Shown here in pieces: positions 11,939 to 21,192 of a DNA stretch of 64,000 bases (positions are counted from its first letter, which is position 1; the number at the start of each line of letters is the position of its first letter). This DNA is from an uncultured bacterium (GTDB lineage: Bacteria > Zhuqueibacterota > QNDG01 > DSAB01). The notes beneath the pieces are model-generated. The model was given only the letters and a program-made list of their open reading frames with translations. It did no database searches and had not been told where the DNA came from. The position numbers and the translations under genes were made by a program. The stretch is taken from NCBI GenBank assembly GCA_964537715.1, contig CAZIAH010000007.1, positions 2,734-66,733 of the forward strand, given 5' to 3'.

Positions 11939-13147
11939 TTATATCGAACATTCCTTTTTTGCATTTTCCAGCATTTCAACCGTGATATCCTGATCGATAA
12001 ACGAAGATTTGACGATTTGTCGATCCTTCCAGAAATAGATGCGCGGCACCCGTCTTCCTATGGTGCAGAACGTCTCATAAGAGATGCTTTGATTCCAGAT
12101 TGCCATTTCATCCGCGGAAATCTCCATGTTTCCCTGTTTTCCCAACAGAACGACTTCGTCCTCCACACGAACATCAGGAACATCGGAAAGCAGAACCATC
12201 GTATTGTCCATGCAGATGTCCCCGACAGTGGGCACCTTCTGATTATGTACGATCACCTCGGCATGATGGGTCATTCGTTTGCTGTATCCGTCGTGGTATC
12301 CCAATGGAATCACGCCGATTTTTTCCTCTTTCTCTGCAATCCAGTTTCTTCCGTAACTGACACTTCCGCCTTTAGGAATGATTTTGACAGTGACAATTCG
12401 GGATTTCCAGGTCATGGCAGGATTGACTTTCAAAGGATGAACCATTTCTCTGGATGGATAAACACCATACATGATAAGACCGCATCGAACCGCATCGTAA
12501 TGCGCTTCGGGGAAATGAATCGTCCCGCCGCTGTTACAGATGTGCCAGAGAGGAGCATGAATATTTTTCTGACTGAACCGATCCCGCAATTCCTGAAAAC
12601 GGCGGATCTGTCCTTGTGCATAAGTTTTATCCAGTCTTTCCGAAGTGGCTAAATGTGAGAATATTCCTTCAACACGAATATGCGGACATTCGGAAATCGC
12701 GTTCCAGAGTTCCTGAACCTCTTCTGGATAAATCCCCAATCTACCCATGCCCGTGTCAACTTTGATATGAACCCGTATTTTTTTATTGTGTTTTTTGCCT
12801 GCATTTTCCAGTGAATGCACTATCTCCCGATTCTGAACGCATTGGATGAGGTCGTATTGTGCGATCAGATTAGTTTGATTTTCGAAACATCCTCCCAAAA
12901 CAAAAACATCGGATTGAATCCCCCCTTCTCTCAGTTCGATACCTTCCTGCGGTGATCCCACACCCAAAATATCGGCACCTCCCTTTAGGCAGGCCCACGA
13001 AGTAGCGACCGCACCGTGTCCGTATCCATTGGCCTTGACTACCGCCAACAAACGGACGTTTTTGCCGATCCACTTTTTGATCGCCTGTACATTGTGAACA
13101 ATCTGATCCAGACGAATTTCAACCCAGGAAGGCCAGGTTGCATTCAT
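11939..13147 (-). CDS. alr: Alanine racemase family protein
   Basis: PLP lysine motif AVVKANGYGHG, KVDTGMGRLG, catalytic Tyr in VSYG. Confidence 0.85.
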   Translation of the reverse strand: MNATWPSWVEIRLDQIVHNVQAIKKWIGKNVRLLAVVKANGYGHGAVATSWACLKGGADILGVGSPQEGIELREGGIQSDVFVLGGCFENQTNLIAQYDLIQCVQNREIVHSLENAGKKHNKKIRVHIKVDTGMGRLGIYPEEVQELWNAISECPHIRVEGIFSHLATSERLDKTYAQGQIRRFQELRDRFSQKNIHAPLWHICNSGGTIHFPEAHYDAVRCGLIMYGVYPSREMVHPLKVNPAMTWKSRIVTVKIIPKGGSVSYGRNWIAEKEEKIGVIPLGYHDGYSKRMTHHAEVIVHNQKVPTVGDICMDNTMVLLSDVPDVRVEDEVVLLGKQGNMEISADEMAIWNQSISYETFCTIGRRVPRIYFWKDRQIVKSSFIDQDITVEMLENAKKECSI

Positions 13148-13175
13148 CTTTCTATTCTCCGTAATGCTATGGATT

Positions 13176-14009
13176 TCATCGTAACAGTTCTTCCAGTTGA
13201 ATCGAACGGTCTGTTTTTTCGTCTTTATATTTAATGATAATCGGGCAATAAATCGAAAGATGCCACTCCTTGCCTTTTCCTTTTGTGATCGGTCTCGAAC
13301 CGGGGATCACAACGGCATTTTCCGGAATGACAAGCGGATTGTCATCGGATTTTTTGTAAATCGCATTTCTAATTAAATCGTACACCGGTGTGGATCCTGT
13401 CAGAACCGTTCCGGCGCCAATGACAGCACCTTTCTGAACAACCGTTCCCTCGTAAATCCCGCAATTGCCACCTATCAACACATCATCCTCAATAATAACT
13501 GGGAGTGCACCAATCGGTTCCAGAACACCGCCGATCTGGGCGGCCGCGCTGAGATGGACCCGTTTTCCGATCTGTGCGCAGGAACCGACCAGGGCGTGCG
13601 AATCGATCATGGTCCCTTCATCGACATAGGCGCCAACATTGATGTACATCGGCGGCATGCAGGTCACGTTTTTGCCGACATAGCATCCGTCCCGAACAGA
13701 CGATCCCCCGGGAACAATACGAACCTGATCTTCGATTTTGATCGATTTTAACGGATAGGTATGCTTGTCAAAATAGAGGAAATTTTGATTGATTGAAACA
13801 TCACTCAACACGCCGATTTTGAATCCCAACAAAATGCCTTTTTTCACCCAGTGATTCACCACCCAGTGATCGCCCTTTTTCTCGGCAGCGCGTGCTTCCC
13901 CGGTATTCAATCGCATTTTAAATTGATTAAATATCTTTTCAGTTTGAACCGGATCGATTTTCTCATCGCGTCGATCAAACAGTGCTTCGATTTCATTTTG
14001 CAGATTCAT
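13176..14009 (-). CDS. dapD: Tetrahydrodipicolinate N-succinyltransferase
   Basis: [21 protein letters not shown], hexapeptide repeats. Confidence 0.93.
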   Translation of the reverse strand: MNLQNEIEALFDRRDEKIDPVQTEKIFNQFKMRLNTGEARAAEKKGDHWVVNHWVKKGILLGFKIGVLSDVSINQNFLYFDKHTYPLKSIKIEDQVRIVPGGSSVRDGCYVGKNVTCMPPMYINVGAYVDEGTMIDSHALVGSCAQIGKRVHLSAAAQIGGVLEPIGALPVIIEDDVLIGGNCGIYEGTVVQKGAVIGAGTVLTGSTPVYDLIRNAIYKKSDDNPLVIPENAVVIPGSRPITKGKGKEWHLSIYCPIIIKYKDEKTDRSIQLEELLR

Positions 14010-14022
14010 CCGTTCATCCTGT

Positions 14023-14913
14023 TCAAATCAAATTCAAATCAGTCAAGACTTTTTTCATCTTTTCCTTATTGAGTGGAGACATAGGAACGAGGGGAAGCCG
14101 ATAATTCTCTTCGATCATTCCCATTTTGGACAGAGCAAATTTAACGGGAATGGGATTCACTTCCAGGAAATTGGATTTCATCAAAAGATAAATGCGCTTC
14201 TGCATTTTTCTCGCTTCTTCAAATTTTCCTTCCAGACACCGATGAACAAATTGAGTCATCAATCCGGGAATTTCATTGGAGGCCACAGAGATAAGACCCT
14301 TGCCGCCCAGAGCGATCAAAGGGAGCGTATTGGCATCGTCGCCGGAAAGCATAATGAAATCTTCGGGATAGATCATGGCCTGGTCACTGATCTGGCTAAT
14401 ATCACCCGTGGCTTCCTTGATTCCAACGATATTTTCGATTTGGGAAAGCCGAAGCACGGTTTCGGGAAGCATATTCGTATTGGTACGCGGAGGCACATTG
14501 TACAGGAAAATGGGAACTTGAATGCTTTCAGCGATGGCTTTGAAATGCTGGTACAATCCTTCCTGATTGGGTTTGTTGTAATAGGGAGTCACAGAAAGCA
14601 ATCCATCTACACCTAACTTTTCAACTTCCCTGGCCATCGCAATAACTTTTTTTGTATTGTATCCTCCGGCACCTGCAATGACCGGCACTTTTCCTTTGGC
14701 AATATTTTTGACGATTTCAATGACACGAAGGTGTTCCTCAAGATTCAATGTGGCACTCTCCCCGGTCGATCCGCAGGGAACGAGAAAATCGATTCCTTCT
14801 TTCAGTTGATATTCGACCAGCCGGATCAAAGCCTCTTCATCAAGCTGTTGATTCGCTTTAAAGGGCGTGACCAGAGCTGTGCCGCATCCTTTTAAATTTT
14901 TAATGGTTGGCAT
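14023..14913 (-). CDS. dapA: 4-hydroxy-tetrahydrodipicolinate synthase
   Basis: GSTGE, PYYNKP, LYNVP, GIKEATG, NPIPVK. Confidence 0.95.
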   Translation of the reverse strand: MPTIKNLKGCGTALVTPFKANQQLDEEALIRLVEYQLKEGIDFLVPCGSTGESATLNLEEHLRVIEIVKNIAKGKVPVIAGAGGYNTKKVIAMAREVEKLGVDGLLSVTPYYNKPNQEGLYQHFKAIAESIQVPIFLYNVPPRTNTNMLPETVLRLSQIENIVGIKEATGDISQISDQAMIYPEDFIMLSGDDANTLPLIALGGKGLISVASNEIPGLMTQFVHRCLEGKFEEARKMQKRIYLLMKSNFLEVNPIPVKFALSKMGMIEENYRLPLVPMSPLNKEKMKKVLTDLNLI

Positions 14914-15630
14914 CTATTTAAATCTCCATTCTTGATTCAAAATATCATCCAAAACATCTTCAAACGCATAAAAACCTTTTCGATTCTGTATCCATTTGGC
15001 AGCTAAAAGTGCTCCCTCGGCAAGTCCTTCCCTGTTCCGGGCGTTGTGTTCTAATTTCACCGTATCGACTTTCGAATCGAAACTTACCTGATGCATCCCG
15101 GGCACATAACCGGCCCGAACACTGGTCACAGGAATTTCCTTCTTCTTGTAATGGGCTTGAACGATTTGCTTGAGATTACGCGCTGTTCCCGAAGGAGCAT
15201 CTTTTTTAATTTTATGATGCGCTTCCTCGATGAATGGATCATAGTTTTCGAAAGCAGAAAAAAGAGAAGCGGCCTTCTTGACAATTTTATAAAAGAGATT
15301 GACCCCCAATGAAAAATTGGCTGCATAGACCAAACCGATTTGATGATCCTCGACGATCTTTTTAACTTTGTTGATTTGATCGTGCCAGCCTGTCGTGCCG
15401 ACAACCATATTGAGAGACAATGCCGCGCCTTTTTGAATATTCTCAACGACCGCATCAGGTACCGTAAAATCGATCAAAACGGACACGCCTTTTAAAACAG
15501 TGCGTGTGGATGAATTTATCGTCAAAGGCTGTTTATCCCAAAACCGTGCGACCACTTCGATATTTTGCCGGAGTGCCGTTTCCTCGACCATCTTCCCCAT
15601 CTGTCCGTAACCAACCAACGCAATCTTCAT
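14914..15630 (-). CDS. dapB: 4-hydroxy-tetrahydrodipicolinate reductase
   Basis: GYGQMG, GTTGW, EAHHKIKKDAPSGTA. Start taken at ATG 15630 (MKIALVG). Confidence 0.93.
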   Translation of the reverse strand: MKIALVGYGQMGKMVEETALRQNIEVVARFWDKQPLTINSSTRTVLKGVSVLIDFTVPDAVVENIQKGAALSLNMVVGTTGWHDQINKVKKIVEDHQIGLVYAANFSLGVNLFYKIVKKAASLFSAFENYDPFIEEAHHKIKKDAPSGTARNLKQIVQAHYKKKEIPVTSVRAGYVPGMHQVSFDSKVDTVKLEHNARNREGLAEGALLAAKWIQNRKGFYAFEDVLDDILNQEWRFK

Positions 15631-15643
15631 CTTCTTACTCTCT

Positions 15644-17017
15644 CTATTCGAAAATGATTGGATCAAGTGTTTTGAAAAAATAAGCGTGAAGTTTTCCCAT
15701 CGTATTTTTCAGATCGTTTTCATCAATCACAATCGTGAAATTGATCGGGGAGATTTTACTGGAAATCAAATCCACGGATTGGCTTTTTAGAATTTTAAAG
15801 ATGATGCCAGTCAGATCATGACAGTTCTTCAAATTTTCACCGACAAGTGTCACAGTAGCTTTTCTCTCTTCCAGCTTGACTTTTCCCAGACGCTTTAATC
15901 GAGATACCAACGACTCCAGGTGGATCGTATTCTCGACAACCATCGTTACACTGTTTTTAGAGATTTGGAAAATTTTCGGATCGATATTCGATTTTTCCAA
16001 AAATTTAAACAGAGCCGTCACAAAATCCACTTTCGTCGAATCCGGTTCGGGATTGATGTGAACAAGTGTCAATCCAGATTTACATGAAATCGATTTGACA
16101 AGATTGTTGCATGATGTGGATTTTGCGGTCACTTCGGTTCCTGATTTCTCCGGGGATTTGGAATTATAAATATGTACCGGAATATTGGCCTGACGGGCCG
16201 GTGCCACGGCCCGGCTGTAAAATACCCTGGCACCAAAACAGGTCAACTCCTCGACCTCGTCAAACGAAATTGTTTTTACGGTTTTGGCAGTGGGAATTAT
16301 GTCTGGGTCGGCCGTCATAATTCCGGACACATTTTTCCAAATCTGAATCTCCGATGCAGAAAGCGCGGCCGCAGCCAGACAGGCCGTCAGATCCGAACCT
16401 TCAAATCCGAGAGTGGTGGTAATCCCCTTCGTTGTCGAACCAATAAATCCCTGAATGACTGGGATCGAACCTTCCTGTATTTTTGGTAAAACAGAGTGAC
16501 GAATTTTTTTATAAGTCGATTCCGTATTGGGCATTGCATTCGTATAATTATCATCTGTAACAATCAGTTTTCGGGCATCCATTAAGGTACTTTTCATGTT
16601 TCTCGCATTCAATACAGCAGAAATGATTGCCGTCGAAATTAACTCTCCGTAGGCAAGAAACTTGTCCTGTGCTCTCGGCGTCAATTCCTGCAAAACGGAG
16701 AGTCCATCTAACAATTTCTGCAGTTCCTGAAAATATCCCGCAATCATTTTCTCGGTGGATGTCCGCCAGGAATCTGAAATCAGCGAATCGATCAAATTAA
16801 AATGGTAATGGTGAATTTCTTCGAGCCTTTTCTTTGCTTCTTTCAAATTTCCACATGCGGACAACTTTGCAGCATCCAGCAAATTGCGTGTGGTCTTTCC
16901 CATGGCAGAATTGACTACAACAGGATGTTTGGCGAGATGTTTCCGTATAATCTCAATGACATTTTCGACGGATGATACATCGGTAAGCGACATACCGCCA
17001 AACTTCATCACAATCAT
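15644..17017 (-). CDS. lysC: Aspartokinase family protein with ACT domains (divergent active site)
   Basis: KFGG, NSAMG, YGE, QGFIG, TADP. The LGR(G/E)GSD motif reads LGFEGSD. Confidence 0.82.
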   Translation of the reverse strand: MIVMKFGGMSLTDVSSVENVIEIIRKHLAKHPVVVNSAMGKTTRNLLDAAKLSACGNLKEAKKRLEEIHHYHFNLIDSLISDSWRTSTEKMIAGYFQELQKLLDGLSVLQELTPRAQDKFLAYGELISTAIISAVLNARNMKSTLMDARKLIVTDDNYTNAMPNTESTYKKIRHSVLPKIQEGSIPVIQGFIGSTTKGITTTLGFEGSDLTACLAAAALSASEIQIWKNVSGIMTADPDIIPTAKTVKTISFDEVEELTCFGARVFYSRAVAPARQANIPVHIYNSKSPEKSGTEVTAKSTSCNNLVKSISCKSGLTLVHINPEPDSTKVDFVTALFKFLEKSNIDPKIFQISKNSVTMVVENTIHLESLVSRLKRLGKVKLEERKATVTLVGENLKNCHDLTGIIFKILKSQSVDLISSKISPINFTIVIDENDLKNTMGKLHAYFFKTLDPIIFE

Positions 17018-18012
17018 TTGTGATCCTTTAGCAACCGTTTTACGATGTCCGAATAAATGGTGATAGCTCTTTTCAACTCGCTTTTTTTAATCCGTTCATT
17101 TGAAGTATGTGCATTCAGTATCGAACCCGGCCCGATCAATATCGGTTTTCCCCAATTCGACAGATACGGAATGTCTGTCGTAAAAGCAGCAACCATAGTT
17201 TTAAATCCTTTGAGTGTTTCCAGCAAAACCGGTTCGCATCCAGAAATGTACTGTATCTTCGCCCGATTCCGTACAATCGATTTGATTCTTCTCTTTATAT
17301 CCTGAAGACTGGAAACTACCCTGAACATCAATTGTGCACTGGCAGTATCCGGAATGACATTGGCCTGTGTTCCGCCTGAAATGGTGCCAATATTAAAAGT
17401 CGTTTCGCCCAGTATTTCGTGTTTGGGAAATTCCTTATTTTGAAAATCCTGTAGAATATCCAATATTTTTAAAATAGCGGATACGCCTTCTTCCGGGTAG
17501 GCAGAATGGGCGGCCATTCCTTCGGTTCGTATTTGAACTCGTAAAGAACCCTTGGAACCAAGTGCCATTTTATTCTCAGTCGGCTCACCGTTGATCAAAA
17601 ACCGGCAATGATTCTTTAACTGGTTCGCCCTTGAAGCGCCGTCACTCGTTCCCTCCTCCCCTACAACAAAAAGCAGACCGAAATTATTAAAACCTTCTTT
17701 AAGCAACTTTTCACCTGCCTTGATCTGTGCTGCAATAATTCCTTTAGCATCACAAGCTCCCCGTCCATAAATATATTCATCATCTTCTGACGGAGAAATA
17801 AACGGATAAACCGTATCCATGTGGGTAGACAAGACTACCGTAGGATTTCCTCTTTGTGCAAAAAGATTAAACCGTCCCTCGGTCACTTCCTGTAGCTGTA
17901 CATCAAATCCCAGTTTGCTGATATAATCAAAAAGAAATTGGGAAATTTCCTTCTCTTCTCCGATTGGAGATTGGAGATTCATGAGAAATTTGGTCAATTC
18001 AAAGAGTTTCAA
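17014..18012 (-). CDS. M20 metallopeptidase / ArgE-DapE family deacylase (probable succinyl-DAP desuccinylase)
   Basis: STHMDTV, GRGACDAKG, GEE, GEPT, GPG...AH; heads the dap operon. Confidence 0.8.
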   Translation of the reverse strand: MKLFELTKFLMNLQSPIGEEKEISQFLFDYISKLGFDVQLQEVTEGRFNLFAQRGNPTVVLSTHMDTVYPFISPSEDDEYIYGRGACDAKGIIAAQIKAGEKLLKEGFNNFGLLFVVGEEGTSDGASRANQLKNHCRFLINGEPTENKMALGSKGSLRVQIRTEGMAAHSAYPEEGVSAILKILDILQDFQNKEFPKHEILGETTFNIGTISGGTQANVIPDTASAQLMFRVVSSLQDIKRRIKSIVRNRAKIQYISGCEPVLLETLKGFKTMVAAFTTDIPYLSNWGKPILIGPGSILNAHTSNERIKKSELKRAITIYSDIVKRLLKDHK

Positions 18013-18063
18013 AAATCACCATCGCGTTGTTCTATATTTTGCAATCAAAAAATGAATCAGATA

Positions 18064-18092
18064 AAATTAAAGAAATCAATCTGAAAAGTCAA
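18064..18092 (-). promoter_or_regulatory. Sigma70-like promoter of the dap operon
   Basis: TTGACT-N17-TAATTT on the minus strand. Confidence 0.55.
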
Positions 18093-18098
18093 GGAGGA

Positions 18099-18213
18099 TT
18101 GAAGATTCCCCGCCGCAAGCAACGGGGAATCTTCATCTGTAAGATAAGGTTATTATATTCGCTCGCTTACTCCGAGGCAAGCCTCGGAGAATACGCTCGC
18201 TGATCAGATTCAA
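18099..18213. repeat. Twin-hairpin non-autonomous element (REP/MITE-like)
   Basis: Perfect 13-bp IR 18100-18112/18123-18135 and 9-bp IR 18170-18178/18181-18189, both with GCAAGC at the tip. CGCTCGCT direct repeats flank hairpin 2. Bounded by TTGAA...TTCAA. Confidence 0.7.
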
Positions 18214-18450
18214 AAGAGATTTATATCAACTATTTATTTTTAGCATGCGTCTCAAGCAGGATACAACTCACTGTCAACTATTATCGACAATCACGATAAT
18301 TTGTTCCCCTTCGAATAGATGGTTGTATTATTGTTAATCTTTAAAATTAAAAAGGTTATAGCCTATTAATAATCTTATTAAATTTATTGGCATAATTATT
18401 GACCGTTCATATGATGAAATTCGTTTTCTCCTTCTACCTCTCCCCTTATG

Positions 18451-18475
18451 AAAGGCCCGGGGTTGTTGCCCGGGC
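18451..18475 (-). terminator. Probable terminator hairpin after the zinc-ribbon gene
   Basis: GCCCGGG-N7-CCCGGGC followed by CTTT on the minus strand; U-tract is weak. Confidence 0.5.
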
Positions 18476-18502
18476 TATTTTATATGAAGATATCGAATTT
18501 GT

Positions 18503-18841
18503 TCAATCGATCCAGTATAAAATTCTTCCGCAGTGCTCACATGTGAAAATTTCTTCTTCGTTTCGTCCGGGCACGATGTATGAAGTCGGCAGCCGGGCAA
18601 AACATCCAAGACAGGTCTCATTCTGAACGGGAACAATAGGACGTTTGTAACGCTTGCACAATCGGCGGTAAGTTCGAATATATTCGATTTTAATTTTTTT
18701 TTCAAGTTCATCTTGAATCGCAAGAAGTTTCTCCCTGCCTTTCACTGAAAAGCCCATTTTTTTATCCTCTTCTTCCCCTTCCGCCAACATAATATTTAAA
18801 TCTTGATACACGACCAATAATTCCAATTGTGTTTTAGTCAT
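18503..18841 (-). CDS. Short C4-type zinc-ribbon protein (zf-RING_7/CT398-like)
   Basis: CLGC...CEHCGRILY with a short coiled coil. Start taken at ATG 18841. Confidence 0.8.
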   Translation of the reverse strand: MTKTQLELLVVYQDLNIMLAEGEEEDKKMGFSVKGREKLLAIQDELEKKIKIEYIRTYRRLCKRYKRPIVPVQNETCLGCFARLPTSYIVPGRNEEEIFTCEHCGRILYWID

Positions 18842-18900
18842 TCTGATTTTCCTCTTACCTACGTTCAATATTCGAAATAATCGTCATCACAATTAAATTT

Positions 18901-19359
18901 TTATTGATTGAAAACTTCAACAAAACTCTGAAAATCTTTGGCTTTTAACAGCTTGTGTCTGTATTTGGCATCTCTGACAATTTCAACGATCTTGCCAAGA
19001 ATCGGCAGATATAAATTTGTTTCCTCCTGCGGAGGTGCCACAATCATAAAAAAGAGATGGACTTTCTTTTTATCGATGGCTTCATACTCGATACCACTCT
19101 TTGATAATCCCACGACAATATGGATGGTCGAAACGGCCAAAGTGCGGCAATGAGGTATAGCAATTCCCTTTCCGATGCCGGTACTTCCCAGTGTTTCCCT
19201 TCTTTTTAAAGTTTCCAGAAGAATCATCTTGTTCTTAACAAACGTTTTTTGAATTAAAGGCTCAATTAATTCGGCGAGTACCTTCTCTTTTGAATTGGCT
19301 TTTAAATCTCCTATAAAAAGGTCTTCGTTGAAGTATTTTAACAAAGTATGTGCATTCAT
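18901..19359 (-). CDS. PTS EIIA (Ntr/fructose-type) domain protein
   Basis: RETLGSTGIGKGIAIPHCR with the phosphorylatable His. Confidence 0.88.
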   Translation of the reverse strand: MNAHTLLKYFNEDLFIGDLKANSKEKVLAELIEPLIQKTFVKNKMILLETLKRRETLGSTGIGKGIAIPHCRTLAVSTIHIVVGLSKSGIEYEAIDKKKVHLFFMIVAPPQEETNLYLPILGKIVEIVRDAKYRHKLLKAKDFQSFVEVFNQ

Positions 19360-19374
19360 TCCTCCTCCGATACA

Positions 19375-20445
19375 TCATAAGAATTTTTTCAATTTTTTCT
19401 TTTTAAGATCTTCAACCACCTTCTTTACATCTTCGACCCTTTCTCGTTTACAAATCAAAATTGCACTTCCATCCTGAACAACGACGACATCTTCCAGTCC
19501 CAAAACAGCGATCACACCTTTTGATGCGGAAACATATGAGTTTTTGGTATCCAGGAGCACCGCACTTCCCTGAATGACATTGCCATCCTTATCTTTCGGC
19601 CCCAATTTGTATACCTGTTCCCAGCTTCCCAAATCATTCCAGTCAAAAGTTCCACGAATCATATTGACATTTTTTGCCTTTTCCATGATTCCGTAATCGA
19701 TGGACATTGCCGTCATTCTTTGATAAATACGTTTCAACTTGTCTTTATAGTCTGGTTTATTGCTGAATTTTTGAATTTCCATCAACTGACCATAGAGATT
19801 GGGAAGAAACTTTCTCATCTGTTCGAACAGTACGGAAACTTTAAAAATAAATATACCGCTGTTCCAAAAGAAATCACCGCTTTCCAAAAATCTCTTGGCA
19901 GTAGCAAAATTGGGTTTTTCCGCAAATGTTTTGATCCGATAGCTCTCAGCCGTGCCTGCGGATTCAATTTTGTTATCCACCTGAATATATCCGTATCCTG
20001 TGGATGGTTGATTCGGTGTGATACCGATAGTCACCATTGCATTGTTAGTTTCGGCCAAATGTATGCCGGTCTCGATGGATTGCTGAAACCGGGACTTTTT
20101 CTGAACAAGATGATCCGCTGGTGAAACCACAACGATTGCATAGGGATCTTTTTTTTGAATGGTAAGTGCCGCGAGGCCGATACACGGAGCCGTATTCTTT
20201 CCTACGGGTTCATAGATGATGTTTTCTTCCGGGACTTTCAGGGAATGTTTTTTTAAGATTTCTTTCTGATTTTCTTTCCCGACAATATAGATATCTTTCC
20301 AGTTGATAAACGAATTAAAGCGCATCAATGTATATTCGATGAGCGTTCGTTTTCCGTAAATGGTCAAAAACTGTTTTGCTTTCTCTTCACGACTTCTGGG
20401 CCAAAAACGCGTTCCAGATCCCCCTGCCATAATGATGCAATACAT
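19375..20445 (-). CDS. manC: Mannose-1-phosphate guanylyltransferase
   Basis: MAGGSGTRFWPRSR, EPVGKNTAP, ADH, FAEKP, WNSGIF, WNDLGSW. Confidence 0.92.
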   Translation of the reverse strand: MYCIIMAGGSGTRFWPRSREEKAKQFLTIYGKRTLIEYTLMRFNSFINWKDIYIVGKENQKEILKKHSLKVPEENIIYEPVGKNTAPCIGLAALTIQKKDPYAIVVVSPADHLVQKKSRFQQSIETGIHLAETNNAMVTIGITPNQPSTGYGYIQVDNKIESAGTAESYRIKTFAEKPNFATAKRFLESGDFFWNSGIFIFKVSVLFEQMRKFLPNLYGQLMEIQKFSNKPDYKDKLKRIYQRMTAMSIDYGIMEKAKNVNMIRGTFDWNDLGSWEQVYKLGPKDKDGNVIQGSAVLLDTKNSYVSASKGVIAVLGLEDVVVVQDGSAILICKRERVEDVKKVVEDLKKKKLKKFL

Positions 20446-20459
20446 AATTTTTCCTGTCT

Positions 20460-21101
20460 TTATAATATTTTCCGGATTGGAGTATCCGATTCAATTTCTT
20501 TCAACAATTCCCGAAAGACAACCCATGCTTTATTGTGAAGTTTCTGAATATCATCCCGGTTCTCGATAACAATATCGGCCCGTTTCTTTTTTTCATCGAC
20601 ATTCCATTGCATACGCATACGATCAACGATCTCTTCCCTGCTCCATTTTCTCGTTTTTTTCAGCCACTCACAACGTTTTTCGATAGGAGCATCAACGACT
20701 ATGATTTTGTCACATTCTTTATCCATTCCGGATTCAAACAATGTGGCCATGTCGATCCCAATAAGCTTTGAAGATTGGTTCTTGATCAGTAACCGAATTT
20801 TATTTTGTATCACCTGATTCAGGGGAATTTGCATGATTTGATTGAGCCGATCCAATGTGGTCTGATCCGCAAATACTTTTTGTCCGAGAACATTTCGTTT
20901 TAATTCACCAGCACTGGTAAAAATCGAATCTCCAAAAACCATTTTCAATTTTTGACGAATCTCTCTGTTTTCATTTACCAGCTTTCTCGAAATATCATCC
21001 GCGTCAATAACTGGTATATGCAGCCGGCGTAATCCATTTGAAAATTCAGTTTTGCCGGATCCGACACCTCCTGTGATTCCCAAAATCAGAGGCGTCTTCA
21101 T
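20460..21101 (-). CDS. coaE: Dephospho-CoA kinase
   Basis: GITGGVGSGKT, IDADD, LFESG. Confidence 0.9.
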   Translation of the reverse strand: MKTPLILGITGGVGSGKTEFSNGLRRLHIPVIDADDISRKLVNENREIRQKLKMVFGDSIFTSAGELKRNVLGQKVFADQTTLDRLNQIMQIPLNQVIQNKIRLLIKNQSSKLIGIDMATLFESGMDKECDKIIVVDAPIEKRCEWLKKTRKWSREEIVDRMRMQWNVDEKKKRADIVIENRDDIQKLHNKAWVVFRELLKEIESDTPIRKIL

Positions 21102-21192
21102 TTTTTCGATCCTTGATAGATTGGATTGCTGTAACCATTCGGAAAATTTTCGAGTTGTTTAAAAGACAATTAAACTGCCTGTTCTATTTGAA

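Noticed and set aside
18280-18300. Inverted repeat ATTATCG-N7-CGATAAT
   Set aside because: Single occurrence in AT-rich DNA. The adjacent TTGACA has no matching -10 box, so no function can be supported.
18013-18500. Lysine riboswitch, T-box or RNase P RNA upstream of the dap operon
   Set aside because: None of their conserved motifs could be recognised. The structure present is the twin-hairpin element and one terminator-like stem.
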